DNA of 62,846 nt, the filler included, from an uncultured bacterium (lineage in GTDB: Bacteria; AUK180), in NCBI GenBank assembly GCA_937863565.1. It is 8 parts of 7 records of this genome, joined end to end, with 100 filler letters (N's around TTAATTAATTAA, not from the genome) between each part and the next. Parts side by side here need not be neighbours in the genome. Positions count along the whole stretch, not along the records: positions 1 to 2,577 come from CALMGJ010000001.1; positions 2,678 to 8,448 come from CALMGJ010000004.1; 6 more parts are not named here. One strand, written 5' to 3'. This document shows, one piece after another, positions 1 to 8,548 of this stretch. Position 1 is the stretch's first letter. Each line of letters starts with the position of its first letter. The notes under the pieces are model-generated. The model was not told where the DNA came from. It ran no database searches and worked only from the letters and a program-made list of their open reading frames with translations. Both the position numbers and the translations under genes were made by a program.

Positions 1-1297
1 TCCATGCTCCGTCGGCATCGCTTATGCAGTACTTGTTCGTGCCCTTTGCCGTAACAACTCCCGTCAGCGTCACCTGCTCTCCCGCCCTCGGCGAATCATA
101 GCATGCCGCGCCGACCGCCGTGGCGTATTGAACGCTGTATATCGTATCTGAAGTATCTTCGGGTGTTGTTACTCCTATCTCATCCGATGCGGTCAAGTAC
201 AAAGGAACACAATTATATGCCACAACTTTATAATAATATGAAGTGGAAGGAGACACGGTGTTATCCGTTGCGCTTGCGGCGGTTGCCGCAGATACTACGA
301 GGGTAGCTGTAGAAGTATTAACGGGGGAGGTCGGGCTTCTGTAAAGATCGTATCTTACTGGCATCGTATCATTCTGAGCATCCGTTGCCGTATCCCAGAT
401 TAGCGATACTGATGAAGAAGTGACTGACCCCGTATCGATATTCGACTGACCGGATACCGCCCAATCGGGAGGAGTAAGGTCCGAATCATCGCAAGAACCG
501 CAATCTCCGCCCCAGATCTGACAGATCCATTCCGGATGATCGATGAAGGGGTTCCTGTTCCCTTGAACGGCATATACGGCATCATTACGATCTATCTCCT
601 TCTGGCTCACAGGGTCCATGTTGCTCCACTCAAGAAGCATATCATAGGCCCACGATTCGAAAGCCGGGAAGGCCGTATTATTAAAAACAGGACTTGACCA
701 GGAAGATATCTTATCCTCATACCGGGTTGCAGCATAGAAATATGTTCTTGCGAAATCACCCTTATACTCATCGATAGGTTCGAATACGGTTCCCGAGTAT
801 CCGGGATATGAACACGGGCCTACCTTCGATCCGTTAGTCGAGGTCCATGTCGGGCTGTCGGTTTCGCCGAATGGATAGTTGCTTCTGCGGTTATTGACAT
901 AACCGTCCGTAGGATACACCATGAAAAGATCCGTATACATCGGAGATGCGTCATTGAACCAGCTGGACGGCACGGAATGCTCCCTGTTGTAGCAATCCGC
1001 TTCGCTATTGTATGTACCGCACTGGTTTGTTCCGTGCGTGTATGTATATGCGGGTGTTCCGCCCGGAACATCCGAGTACATGTCCCATACCGTATTGGTC
1101 CCGGTATTGTCCGTTGATTCGTAGTGGATATAAAGGGAATCATAACTCTGGGTGGAATGATCATCTATGATATTGTGAAGATTTGTCTTCAAAGCGGCCC
1201 CGGTCCCCGTGGCGGTATCATAGTATCCTGCGGGAATACCGGCGAATATTCGAAGCAATGCAAAAGAAAACAGAAGAGTGAATAAGGATTTTTTCAT
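1..1297 (-). CDS. Secreted endonuclease I family nuclease with FN3-like and further C-terminal domains; runs off the window edge, absent from the ORF track
   Basis: Manual translation from ATG 1297 (GAGGT RBS upstream): MKKSLFTLLFSFALLRIFAGIPAGYY...YNREHSVPSSWF...TDLFMVYPTDGYVNNRRSNYPFG...KGDFARTYFY...QGNRNPFIDHPEW; open to position 2. Confidence 0.88.
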   Translation of the reverse strand, partial: MKKSLFTLLFSFALLRIFAGIPAGYYDTATGTGAALKTNLHNIIDDHSTQSYDSLYIHYESTDNTGTNTVWDMYSDVPGGTPAYTYTHGTNQCGTYNSEADCYNREHSVPSSWFNDASPMYTDLFMVYPTDGYVNNRRSNYPFGETDSPTWTSTNGSKVGPCSYPGYSGTVFEPIDEYKGDFARTYFYAATRYEDKISSWSSPVFNNTAFPAFESWAYDMLLEWSNMDPVSQKEIDRNDAVYAVQGNRNPFIDHPEWICQIWGGDCGSCDDSDLTPPDWAVSGQSNIDTGSVTSSSVSLIWDTATDAQNDTMPVRYDLYRSPTSPVNTSTATLVVSAATAASATDNTVSPSTSYYYKVVAYNCVPLYLTASDEIGVTTPEDTSDTIYSVQYATAVGAACYDSPRAGEQVTLTGVVTAKGTNKYCISDADGAW

Positions 1298-1424
1298 AAA
1301 AGACCTCACGTTAATTGTATTATATTTTCATTTTAATTGCAAATGAAGATTAAAAAATTTTCCGCGAGACCGTGTTTAGGGCGCGACGCAGCGTATAAAC
1401 GGTGGAAAGATGAAAAAGTTCGTC

Positions 1425-2189
1425 TTATTTCATTGTTGCTACAACGAGCATTTCAAAATCATTCACGGTCAATTCATCATTCTTGGAAAAAGCTCCGAGT
1501 TTTGCTCCGAAGATATCGATCTTTCCGAAACCGAGCGTTTTCAAAAGCCATTTTATCTCGCTTGGAACATAGTAACGCTCATTGCATTTGAGCTCCTTTT
1601 TATTGCCCGAATCGTCCTCGACAATGACTGTGTTATGTTCACGGAAAGTCATCAGATCAAAAGAGCTCTCCTTACACTCTGACCGGCCTTCTTTCTGCGC
1701 CGATTCATAGAATTCCTTGACAGAATGAAACAGCGGGAACAAACCGTTCAATGTGGTGAAAATGAATTTCCCTTTATCCTTCATTGCCCGTGTTGCGCTT
1801 TTTAATATCTCGAAATTCATCTCATCGGTTTCCATGAGAGAGAACCCTCCTTCGCACAACATTATGGCAAGATCGAATTCCTTCTTAAACGGCAGGCATC
1901 GCGCATCATGCTTCTCGAACCTGATATTCAATCCTGCAGCAACGGCTTTTTCTCTTGCTCCTTTCAACTGGTCCTCGGAAAGATCTATGCCGGTCACCGC
2001 ATAGCCTCTTTTTGTAAGTTCTATCGCATGTCTTCCCGTACCGCAGCCGATATCAAGTATCCTGAGGGTTTTATCTTCTCCGATCTCTTTTTCAATGAAA
2101 TCGCATTCGCCGACAGTTCCGCCTACATAGCATTCTTTATCATATTTGTGCGCATAATTTTCAAATAATGATTCATACCATTGCTTCAT
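1425..2189 (-). CDS. Class I SAM-dependent methyltransferase
   Basis: ILDIGCGTGRHA motif I; start moved to ATG 2189 (MKQWYES) behind a GGAGG RBS. Confidence 0.88.
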   Translation of the reverse strand: MKQWYESLFENYAHKYDKECYVGGTVGECDFIEKEIGEDKTLRILDIGCGTGRHAIELTKRGYAVTGIDLSEDQLKGAREKAVAAGLNIRFEKHDARCLPFKKEFDLAIMLCEGGFSLMETDEMNFEILKSATRAMKDKGKFIFTTLNGLFPLFHSVKEFYESAQKEGRSECKESSFDLMTFREHNTVIVEDDSGNKKELKCNERYYVPSEIKWLLKTLGFGKIDIFGAKLGAFSKNDELTVNDFEMLVVATMK

Positions 2190-2280
2190 TATCGCCTCCC
2201 GGATCTTTATCCTGGTTACTTTACCACGAATCATCATTATTTGCAAATTCGCCGGCCTTTTATTATTCTTCACTGGCAGT

Positions 2281-2562
2281 TGTTCACTGTTCGCTGTTCA
2301 CTTCGTTTCGACCAACTCTCAACTCTGTTCACTGCGCCTCGCCCCCTATCCTCTAGCCTCTAACCTCTATTTGATCGCTCCGCTTTATTATTCAATTAAC
2401 GTGTTTGCAAGAAGCTTGCCTGCGAGTTAACGAGTTTATTTTATATTTTTTATTATTCTAACTTTCAACTCTCAACTCTCAACTCTCAACTCTCTTCACT
2501 ATTCACTGTTCACTGTTCACTTTTCATTTGATCATTTGAGAACGAAGGGTGCTTCGTTCTCA
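2281..2562. repeat. Composite tract of heptamer repeats (TGTTCAC, TCTCAAC, CCTCTAN), one GTTAACGA-hairpin element and an 11-bp hairpin at a contig end
   Basis: ttcaact-ctcaact-ctcaact-ctcaact at ~2464-2491; ttcacta-ttcactg-ttcactg-ttcactt at 2495-2522; TGAGAACGAAG-ggtg-CTTCGTTCTCA at 2537-2562. Confidence 0.85.
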
Positions 2563-2577
2563 TAAAGCGAAGCTTCT

Positions 2578-2677
2578 NNNNNNNNNNNNNNNNNNNNNNN
2601 NNNNNNNNNNNNNNNNNNNNNTTAATTAATTAANNNNNNNNNNNNNNNNNNNNNNNNNNNNNNNNNNNNNNNNNNNN
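2578..2677. other. Artificial contig linker; identical linkers at 8449-8548, 30586-30685, 46627-46726, 54482-54581, 58012-58111 and 59595-59694
   Basis: 100-nt N-runs around TTAATTAATTAA (stops in all six frames). Confidence 0.98.
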
Positions 2678-3095
2678 ACGCTTTTATCGCTCCGCGGAAA
2701 TCTCCCGTATAGAAGAGAATATCCCCTTTCACTTCAAAGAAAAAACGGTCGTCCGTTTCAAGTTCCTTCAGGTACATCCGGGCAAGATCGAAACGCTTCC
2801 ACCTTAGAAGGTTTTTCAGAAAGACCACGCCGATGATGCTTTTATTTGCGATCGGATCCAGATTGAGAAGTATCTTATTGGCCCTGGCATACTCTCCGAG
2901 TTCGCTCAGAACAGAAGCGAAGAACGCTCCCGCTTCCAATCCGTACCCGGAATTCTCCATTTCTACGAGGATCCTGTACGAATCGGCTATCCTGCCGCAG
3001 TAGTAAAGTTCCTTCGCGCGGCTGAGTTCGGACGCGGCGGGGAACGACGATATAAACCAGAACAGTAAACCGAAGATTACTGCTTTTTCACCCAA
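2678..3095 (-). CDS. Secreted TPR-like protein, 3'-truncated by contig end
   Basis: Signal-peptide-like N-terminus and TPR-like helices (LGEYARANKIL, KGDILFYTGDFRGAIKA); overlaps the upstream gene's end. Confidence 0.6.
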
Positions 3096-5110
3096 GCGTC
3101 AAGCCCTTTTGCCTTGAGTTCCTCTATGAGTCTGTTCGCCGACGGTTCGTCATACTCTCCCATCTTGACCCTGAATATTATCTTCTCATTACCGGCGGTA
3201 TCTCTCAGCTTCACTCTCACATATGAAGGGCTGTAACCCATACCCTGTATTTTCTTGACCTCGGCTATCGCGTCGTCCTCCTTGTCATAGGATCCAACAT
3301 ACACAACGAATTCGCCGGGATTGTAGGCGGGTTTCTCAACGGGCTTCACAATTTCGGTTTGCGTAGTGGTCGTACCGAGAATAATGATCTCGACCCTTCT
3401 GTTGCGCGCTCTTCCGTCTGGCGTGCCGTTGTCGGCAATAGGCATCGTTTCTCCGTATCCGATCGCCTCGATCCTCTGAGGAGGTATGGCGTGCTTCTCA
3501 ATGAAATACATCATCACCGCATTGGCACGTGCTTTGGAAAGGCTCTGATTGTATACATCATTACCCACGCTGTCCGTGTGCCCTTCAACGCGGATCTTCG
3601 CATCAGGATACTGGCCGAGTATCCTTGCGACCCTGTCGAGGGTGGGATAAACATAGGGCGGTACTTCGGCCTTGCCGGACGCGAAATTGATGCCCTGAAG
3701 GTTGAGGACTATACCTCTTTTGTCTTCGCGGACCTCGATGTTCTTGTCCTCTTTTACTTCTTCCTTGATCTTATTGAATTTTTCCTCGTATTCCTTTCTG
3801 AGTTTTTCAGTGGCCTCTTCTGCAGCTTTCTTGGCCGCTTCCTCGACAGCTTTCTTCTGTTCTTCGGCCATCTTCTGCTTCATGGCTTCCTGTTCGGCTT
3901 CTTTCGCAGCGAGTTCGGCATCCTTCTTCGCGAGGTCCTCTTGTGCTTTTTTCTGTGATTCTTCAAGCGCCTTCCTCAATTCGGAAGAGGATTGGGCAAG
4001 TATCGATTTCAGATCGTTCAGTTCATTTGTGAGCGCATCGATCTTCTCGCCCGAATCGGATATCATGCCTGTATTTGTGTTCACGTTCTGGGAAAGCGCG
4101 TCAACCTGCTGCTTGAGCGCATTCACATCCTCTTTCCAGTCCTCGCTTTTCTTCTCCTTCCTGCCGAAAAGGACGGTGAGCGCCGCCAGTTCGTATTTTC
4201 CGAGATTGCCCTTGTCGGAATATGCCATGTCTATTCTCAGCATATTGGAAACGATAAGGCCGAGGCCGAAAGTGAATTCCGGGATATCCCAGCCAAGCAT
4301 CTTGTAACCGCTGCGCAGGATGATCGTGTTCCCGAGATTGAGTTCGCCGCCGAGACTGAGTTTATATGCGCCGTCAACGGGAAAAGTATTATCAAAAGAG
4401 AACGAAAGGCCCGAACCGTACAGATCGATCAACCTGATGACCCAGCCAAGGTGGAATGTGGTCGGCGCTCTGAGCTTCGCCTCGTTGTATGCCATTGAAT
4501 TAGCGATACCGATATTGGTAACGGAAAGACCTATGCCTACTTTTTTGAACACCTCCGGTATGAACTGGATGCCGACATCGGCAAGAAATGTTTTCTGGTA
4601 ATTATCGAAAAGGGTCTGGTCGATGAATTTTCCCGTAACTCCGAGATAGAGACCCGCTCCGAGGGCGGAGCTGAAGCTGGCAAAGGCCATCGTGTTCTTG
4701 TTCGTGAAATTTCCGATCGTCGTGCCTGTTGCGTCCGTTTCCTCTTCCTCGCCCCAGTCGATATAGGCGCCGCCTACGGCCATGGCCGCTTCTATGCCGA
4801 AACTCTGAGCAACACCGGCGAAAACGAGTCTTACATCGGTGAGCGGGATCAGCATCGAGCTTAATGTGAACTGGCTTGAGGTCAGTCTCGACACACCTGC
4901 AGGGTTAATAAAGATCGAACCTGCGAAATTATCGGAGAATCCGGAATATGCATCGGCCATTGCGTATGATGCCGGGTCCCAGTTCAATTTGAGGAAAATA
5001 CCCATCGTGGCATTGCCGGCATTCGCAGAACTTTCATCCGCCTCAGCGGCGCGTATTGAAGGAACGGCAAGCATAAGGACCATCAAAAACAATATGGTAA
5101 GCTTTTTCAT
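3077..5110 (-). CDS. PorV/PorQ-family beta-barrel fused to a coiled coil, an OmpA-like peptidoglycan-binding domain and a SPOR domain
   Basis: Signal peptide; FLKL..PASYAMADAY...FINPAG PorV-like start; EGHTDSVG...NQSLSKARANAV...GRARNRRVE OmpA motifs; C-terminal VYVGSY...FRVKMG SPOR; GGAG RBS fits ATG 5110. Confidence 0.82.
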   Translation of the reverse strand: MKKLTILFLMVLMLAVPSIRAAEADESSANAGNATMGIFLKLNWDPASYAMADAYSGFSDNFAGSIFINPAGVSRLTSSQFTLSSMLIPLTDVRLVFAGVAQSFGIEAAMAVGGAYIDWGEEEETDATGTTIGNFTNKNTMAFASFSSALGAGLYLGVTGKFIDQTLFDNYQKTFLADVGIQFIPEVFKKVGIGLSVTNIGIANSMAYNEAKLRAPTTFHLGWVIRLIDLYGSGLSFSFDNTFPVDGAYKLSLGGELNLGNTIILRSGYKMLGWDIPEFTFGLGLIVSNMLRIDMAYSDKGNLGKYELAALTVLFGRKEKKSEDWKEDVNALKQQVDALSQNVNTNTGMISDSGEKIDALTNELNDLKSILAQSSSELRKALEESQKKAQEDLAKKDAELAAKEAEQEAMKQKMAEEQKKAVEEAAKKAAEEATEKLRKEYEEKFNKIKEEVKEDKNIEVREDKRGIVLNLQGINFASGKAEVPPYVYPTLDRVARILGQYPDAKIRVEGHTDSVGNDVYNQSLSKARANAVMMYFIEKHAIPPQRIEAIGYGETMPIADNGTPDGRARNRRVEIIILGTTTTQTEIVKPVEKPAYNPGEFVVYVGSYDKEDDAIAEVKKIQGMGYSPSYVRVKLRDTAGNEKIIFRVKMGEYDEPSANRLIEELKAKGLDAWVKKQ

Positions 5111-5119
5111 TCTCATCTC

Positions 5120-6040
5120 CTAATCGCTCAGAAGGGTCATCTTTCTGACCTTTTTCTTTCCGCCTGCATTCAGGCCGATGAAGAAATTGCCCGTCTGAAC
5201 TACATTGCCCTGATCATTATCCCCAAGCCATTGAATCTCGTGGAATCCCGCGGTCATGTCCTCGTTGAGGGCCAGGGTCCTTATAATATCCCCCGCGATC
5301 GTATAGATCCTGAGCGTTACTTGAGCAGCTGCAGGCAGGAAGAACCTGATATTCGTCACCGCGCCCTTGCTTTTATCGAAAGGATTGGGGTAATTCTGAT
5401 AAAGTTCTATCGGCATCTCGGAGTATGATTGGAAATTCTCCTCACCGGGATTGAGATCGGCGAAAGCGATATTCTTCCAGTCATAGGCATTGTCATGGTC
5501 CGTTCCCGTTATCCTCTGCAGGCCGTAACCCGGAGAATAATAGACCGGCCTTGTCGATGTATCCCATTCTCCTGCCGAAACGACAGCGCTTTCGGCTGCG
5601 GCATTATGATAGGTATTGTCCGAATCCATGAAAAAGACCGCATCCTCCCATGTGGACGCATCGCTGAAAAGGGCAATAAGCTGATACGAAGCCGAAAGAG
5701 ATGCCGCGTCGCCGACATAGATATCCCAGTAGCTGGGATTATTCTCGTCGATCGCTGCATCCGTCGTGCCGTTGGCGAAATGGATCACGGCTATGTCCGC
5801 TGCGGCAAGAACGATCGATTCGCCGGAGCCGAGAAGCGGGATGGTGTCCGATGACGACGAGAGTCTGAGAAAATACGTTTCGTTCAGCGTAATATTACCG
5901 GTAGTAATGTTCTGTACCTCGATCCAATCATGAGGGAACTCCATGCTTCCGACTGGGGCGATCTCGGTCATGATGACATCCCCGCCGTAAACGGCCGTTA
6001 AAAACAGTACTAAAAGTACCACAGGCATGGTTCTCTTCAT
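5120..6040 (-). CDS. Secreted lamin-tail-like domain protein with FlgD/T9SS-type C-terminal domain
   Basis: VIMTEI...DWIEVQN start; C-terminal LYQNYPNPF...IYTIAGDIIRTL...WLGDNDQG. Confidence 0.75.
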   Translation of the reverse strand: MKRTMPVVLLVLFLTAVYGGDVIMTEIAPVGSMEFPHDWIEVQNITTGNITLNETYFLRLSSSSDTIPLLGSGESIVLAAADIAVIHFANGTTDAAIDENNPSYWDIYVGDAASLSASYQLIALFSDASTWEDAVFFMDSDNTYHNAAAESAVVSAGEWDTSTRPVYYSPGYGLQRITGTDHDNAYDWKNIAFADLNPGEENFQSYSEMPIELYQNYPNPFDKSKGAVTNIRFFLPAAAQVTLRIYTIAGDIIRTLALNEDMTAGFHEIQWLGDNDQGNVVQTGNFFIGLNAGGKKKVRKMTLLSD

Positions 6041-6672
6041 TCATACCTCCTTAATATTTTCAGGTTCTTCGCAAGCATGCTGTTCATAAGCGCGCTGCCC
6101 ATGACGGCAATGTCAACGGTTCCGCCTTCTTTAATACGGGCGAAATTCTCCATATTGATACCGCCGTCGATTTCTGTTAAAAAACCGTATTTACTTTTAA
6201 ATTGCTGCATAAATTGTGCCTTAATGAGGACATCATCTATGAATTTTTGCCCTCCATAGCCCGGAAATACGCTCATAATAAGGATAAGATCGAATTTACC
6301 GAGAAGCGGCACGACTTTCTCGGCAGGCGTATCGGGATTGAGTGAAATACCCGCCAATGCATCATTTTTTCGAATATTTTCCAAAATTTTCGCATGATCG
6401 TCGCATGTTTCATAATGGACCGTCACTATTTTCGAGTATTTTGCGAATCTTTCGGCATATTTGCCCGGATCGCTTATCATGAGATGCGTATCGAGATCGA
6501 AACCTTTTCCGTAGAGAGATTCGATGACGGGGAAAGCAAAGGAGATATTATCTACGAAGTGTCCGTCCATTACGTCCATGTGGAGTTTTTTTATTCCGTG
6601 TTTTTTCAGGATGTCGAGCTGTTTTTTCAAACAGTAAAAATCGGCATTCAGTATCGAAGGGGCGATTTCCAT
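6037..6672 (-). CDS. rpe: Ribulose-phosphate 3-epimerase
   Basis: IAPSILNADF, HMDVMDGHFVDN, HLMI, MSVFPGYGGQKF and IDGGIN motifs. Confidence 0.96.
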   Translation of the reverse strand: MEIAPSILNADFYCLKKQLDILKKHGIKKLHMDVMDGHFVDNISFAFPVIESLYGKGFDLDTHLMISDPGKYAERFAKYSKIVTVHYETCDDHAKILENIRKNDALAGISLNPDTPAEKVVPLLGKFDLILIMSVFPGYGGQKFIDDVLIKAQFMQQFKSKYGFLTEIDGGINMENFARIKEGGTVDIAVMGSALMNSMLAKNLKILRRYE

Positions 6673-6677
6673 ATTAC

Positions 6678-6706
6678 ATTATATAAGTTTTAGGGGTTTA
6701 TTCCAA
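6678..6706 (-). promoter_or_regulatory. Sigma70-type promoter, probably giving a leaderless rpe transcript
   Basis: TTGGAA-17 bp-TATAAT, then 5 nt, then ATG; no RBS. Confidence 0.6.
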
Positions 6707-6777
6707 ATTTCCGGTATTTTTTACACTCAGAAAATCCGTTTAACGGATGAATTATCATTTATATCCGTCCGCTGTTA

Positions 6778-8091
6778 TTATAATTTTTCTAAATCTGATT
6801 TTTTTATGATCCATATCTCACTTTTTGTTCGCTCAGAATTCTTATCATATCCTAAGGGTGCTTTTTGAAATACTATATATTCTCCATTTTCTATAGAATT
6901 TATAATTGGGGCAGTCTTATAAAATAAATCATTTTTTCTACTAAATAACTTCTTTAATATACTGCCATTAAGTTCCTCAGAAAGATCATCACGTAATTTC
7001 CTATCGGGAATAAAACTATATATCTTTATATAATCTTGACTTTTCTTTCTATATATATTTAACCCATTTATTACCGTTATAATAATCTTATCACCTACAA
7101 GATAAGTAGTCAAGGGTTCACATTCAACTATCAGTTCAAGATTTGTATTATATTCTTTATCTGTTGAAATATCATAAAAAGATATACACATATTTTTCCT
7201 GTAAAATATAAGTCCCTTTTCAATCTTATAAATAAGATCGTCAGGATAATTGGTTTTCAGTTTATTCAATTGTATTAATAGTTCCTTTTCATTTACTATG
7301 ATTCTCGCTTTAATATCATATTGATACAAGTAATATTCGTTATCATTTTCTTGAATATAATTCAGCATATTGTTCTCAATATTAGCGTAAATGATATCTT
7401 TGCCAAAATCTTTTATAACTTCATACCCTGTTTTAGTTTCGTATACACAGACTTTATTATCCCACATTAAAGAAATAAAGTCTTTATTTCCGGATAGTAT
7501 ATATGAATTTCGGTCTGACATTTCTACTTCATTCTGCCAAAGAACGATAAGTTTTCCTTCTTTAGCTGTCTTCACATAATCTACACAATATAGTATTTTG
7601 CTTTCAACATAGAAAAGTAAATTCTGAATTACACTATACTTTTCTCTATATAAACGAGTGTAATACCACTTCGCTGTCGAATCTTCTATAGCCTTTTCAA
7701 ATATATTTTTATCAGATGAGATAAAATAAAATATCATTCTGGGGGCATCAGGATAATCGGGCCCATAATAGTGATGCACATCTAAAAATACATCGCTATT
7801 ATAATAACGTATAGGAGGCGTACTGATAAAAGAGTTCCAATACAAATCAATATCTGGATTGATTCTAACTCTATCTTTCTTCATGTATTTCTCATTTAGA
7901 TTCAATACATACAAATAACTTTTATTATATTCAACATTGCGAAGAGTATAACACAAGTTGTTCTCCTCTTCAAAGTATATACTGTTGAGACCATCATTTA
8001 CATGAACAGTTTGCCATAAATCAACATTCTTTGCGCATGAAGTAACTATAGTCAAAGTGATAAATAACAATATCCATATTCTTACTTTCAT
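6778..8091 (-). CDS. AT-rich hypothetical lipoprotein, candidate immunity protein for the upstream RHS C-terminus
   Basis: Lipobox-like IVTSC; very low GC; start overlaps the stop of the RHS-CT ORF. Confidence 0.6.
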   Translation of the reverse strand: MKVRIWILLFITLTIVTSCAKNVDLWQTVHVNDGLNSIYFEEENNLCYTLRNVEYNKSYLYVLNLNEKYMKKDRVRINPDIDLYWNSFISTPPIRYYNSDVFLDVHHYYGPDYPDAPRMIFYFISSDKNIFEKAIEDSTAKWYYTRLYREKYSVIQNLLFYVESKILYCVDYVKTAKEGKLIVLWQNEVEMSDRNSYILSGNKDFISLMWDNKVCVYETKTGYEVIKDFGKDIIYANIENNMLNYIQENDNEYYLYQYDIKARIIVNEKELLIQLNKLKTNYPDDLIYKIEKGLIFYRKNMCISFYDISTDKEYNTNLELIVECEPLTTYLVGDKIIITVINGLNIYRKKSQDYIKIYSFIPDRKLRDDLSEELNGSILKKLFSRKNDLFYKTAPIINSIENGEYIVFQKAPLGYDKNSERTKSEIWIIKKSDLEKL

Positions 8092-8448
8092 TATCTTAAT
8101 CCTTTTTTAAAATACTCATATGCCTTCGAATAGGAGTAATTCCTATAATAATCAAGCCAATTCGTATATCCATCAGGAAGGCATCTGCCAATAGAAAACA
8201 TGCTCAAATTAACTGCCGTATTAACAATATTGAGGCCTTTATTTATTGTTGTTCTTGGATCATTGAATAATTCCACATACATTACCTCAGCATTGCAGGC
8301 AAAGTAGTGGCCTATCATGAAGTCACCTAAAAATCCCTGTTTGCGGATCGGAAATAGTCCGTTGGCATCAATATAAATTAAGGGATTATTCCCACAATAC
8401 TGGTACTTATTGATATTCACCGGTTCCTCTATCTTCATCGCTATCGGA
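8091..8448 (-). CDS. C-terminal end of an RHS-repeat protein (core end plus variable tip), 5'-truncated
   Basis: NKYQYCGNNPLIYIDANGL matches the RHS core terminal PxxxxDxxGL motif. Confidence 0.75.
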
Positions 8449-8548
8449 NNNNNNNNNNNNNNNNNNNNNNNNNNNNNNNNNNNNNNNNNNNNTTAATTAA
8501 TTAANNNNNNNNNNNNNNNNNNNNNNNNNNNNNNNNNNNNNNNNNNNN

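Noticed and set aside
103-1164. Short ORFs listed in the track at 103-1164
   Set aside because: All overlap the real endonuclease I gene, which the track missed because it runs off the window edge.
2578-2677. TTAATTAATTAA motif within N-runs (seven times), and ORFs ending in XXXLIN
   Set aside because: Artificial contig linkers. They are not biological, and adjacency across them carries no information.
6735-6780. Integron attC-like site after the lipoprotein gene (TAAC...GTTAAAC on the minus strand)
   Set aside because: Too short (about 40 bp), lacks a proper RYYYAAC, occurs once, and no integrase is seen.
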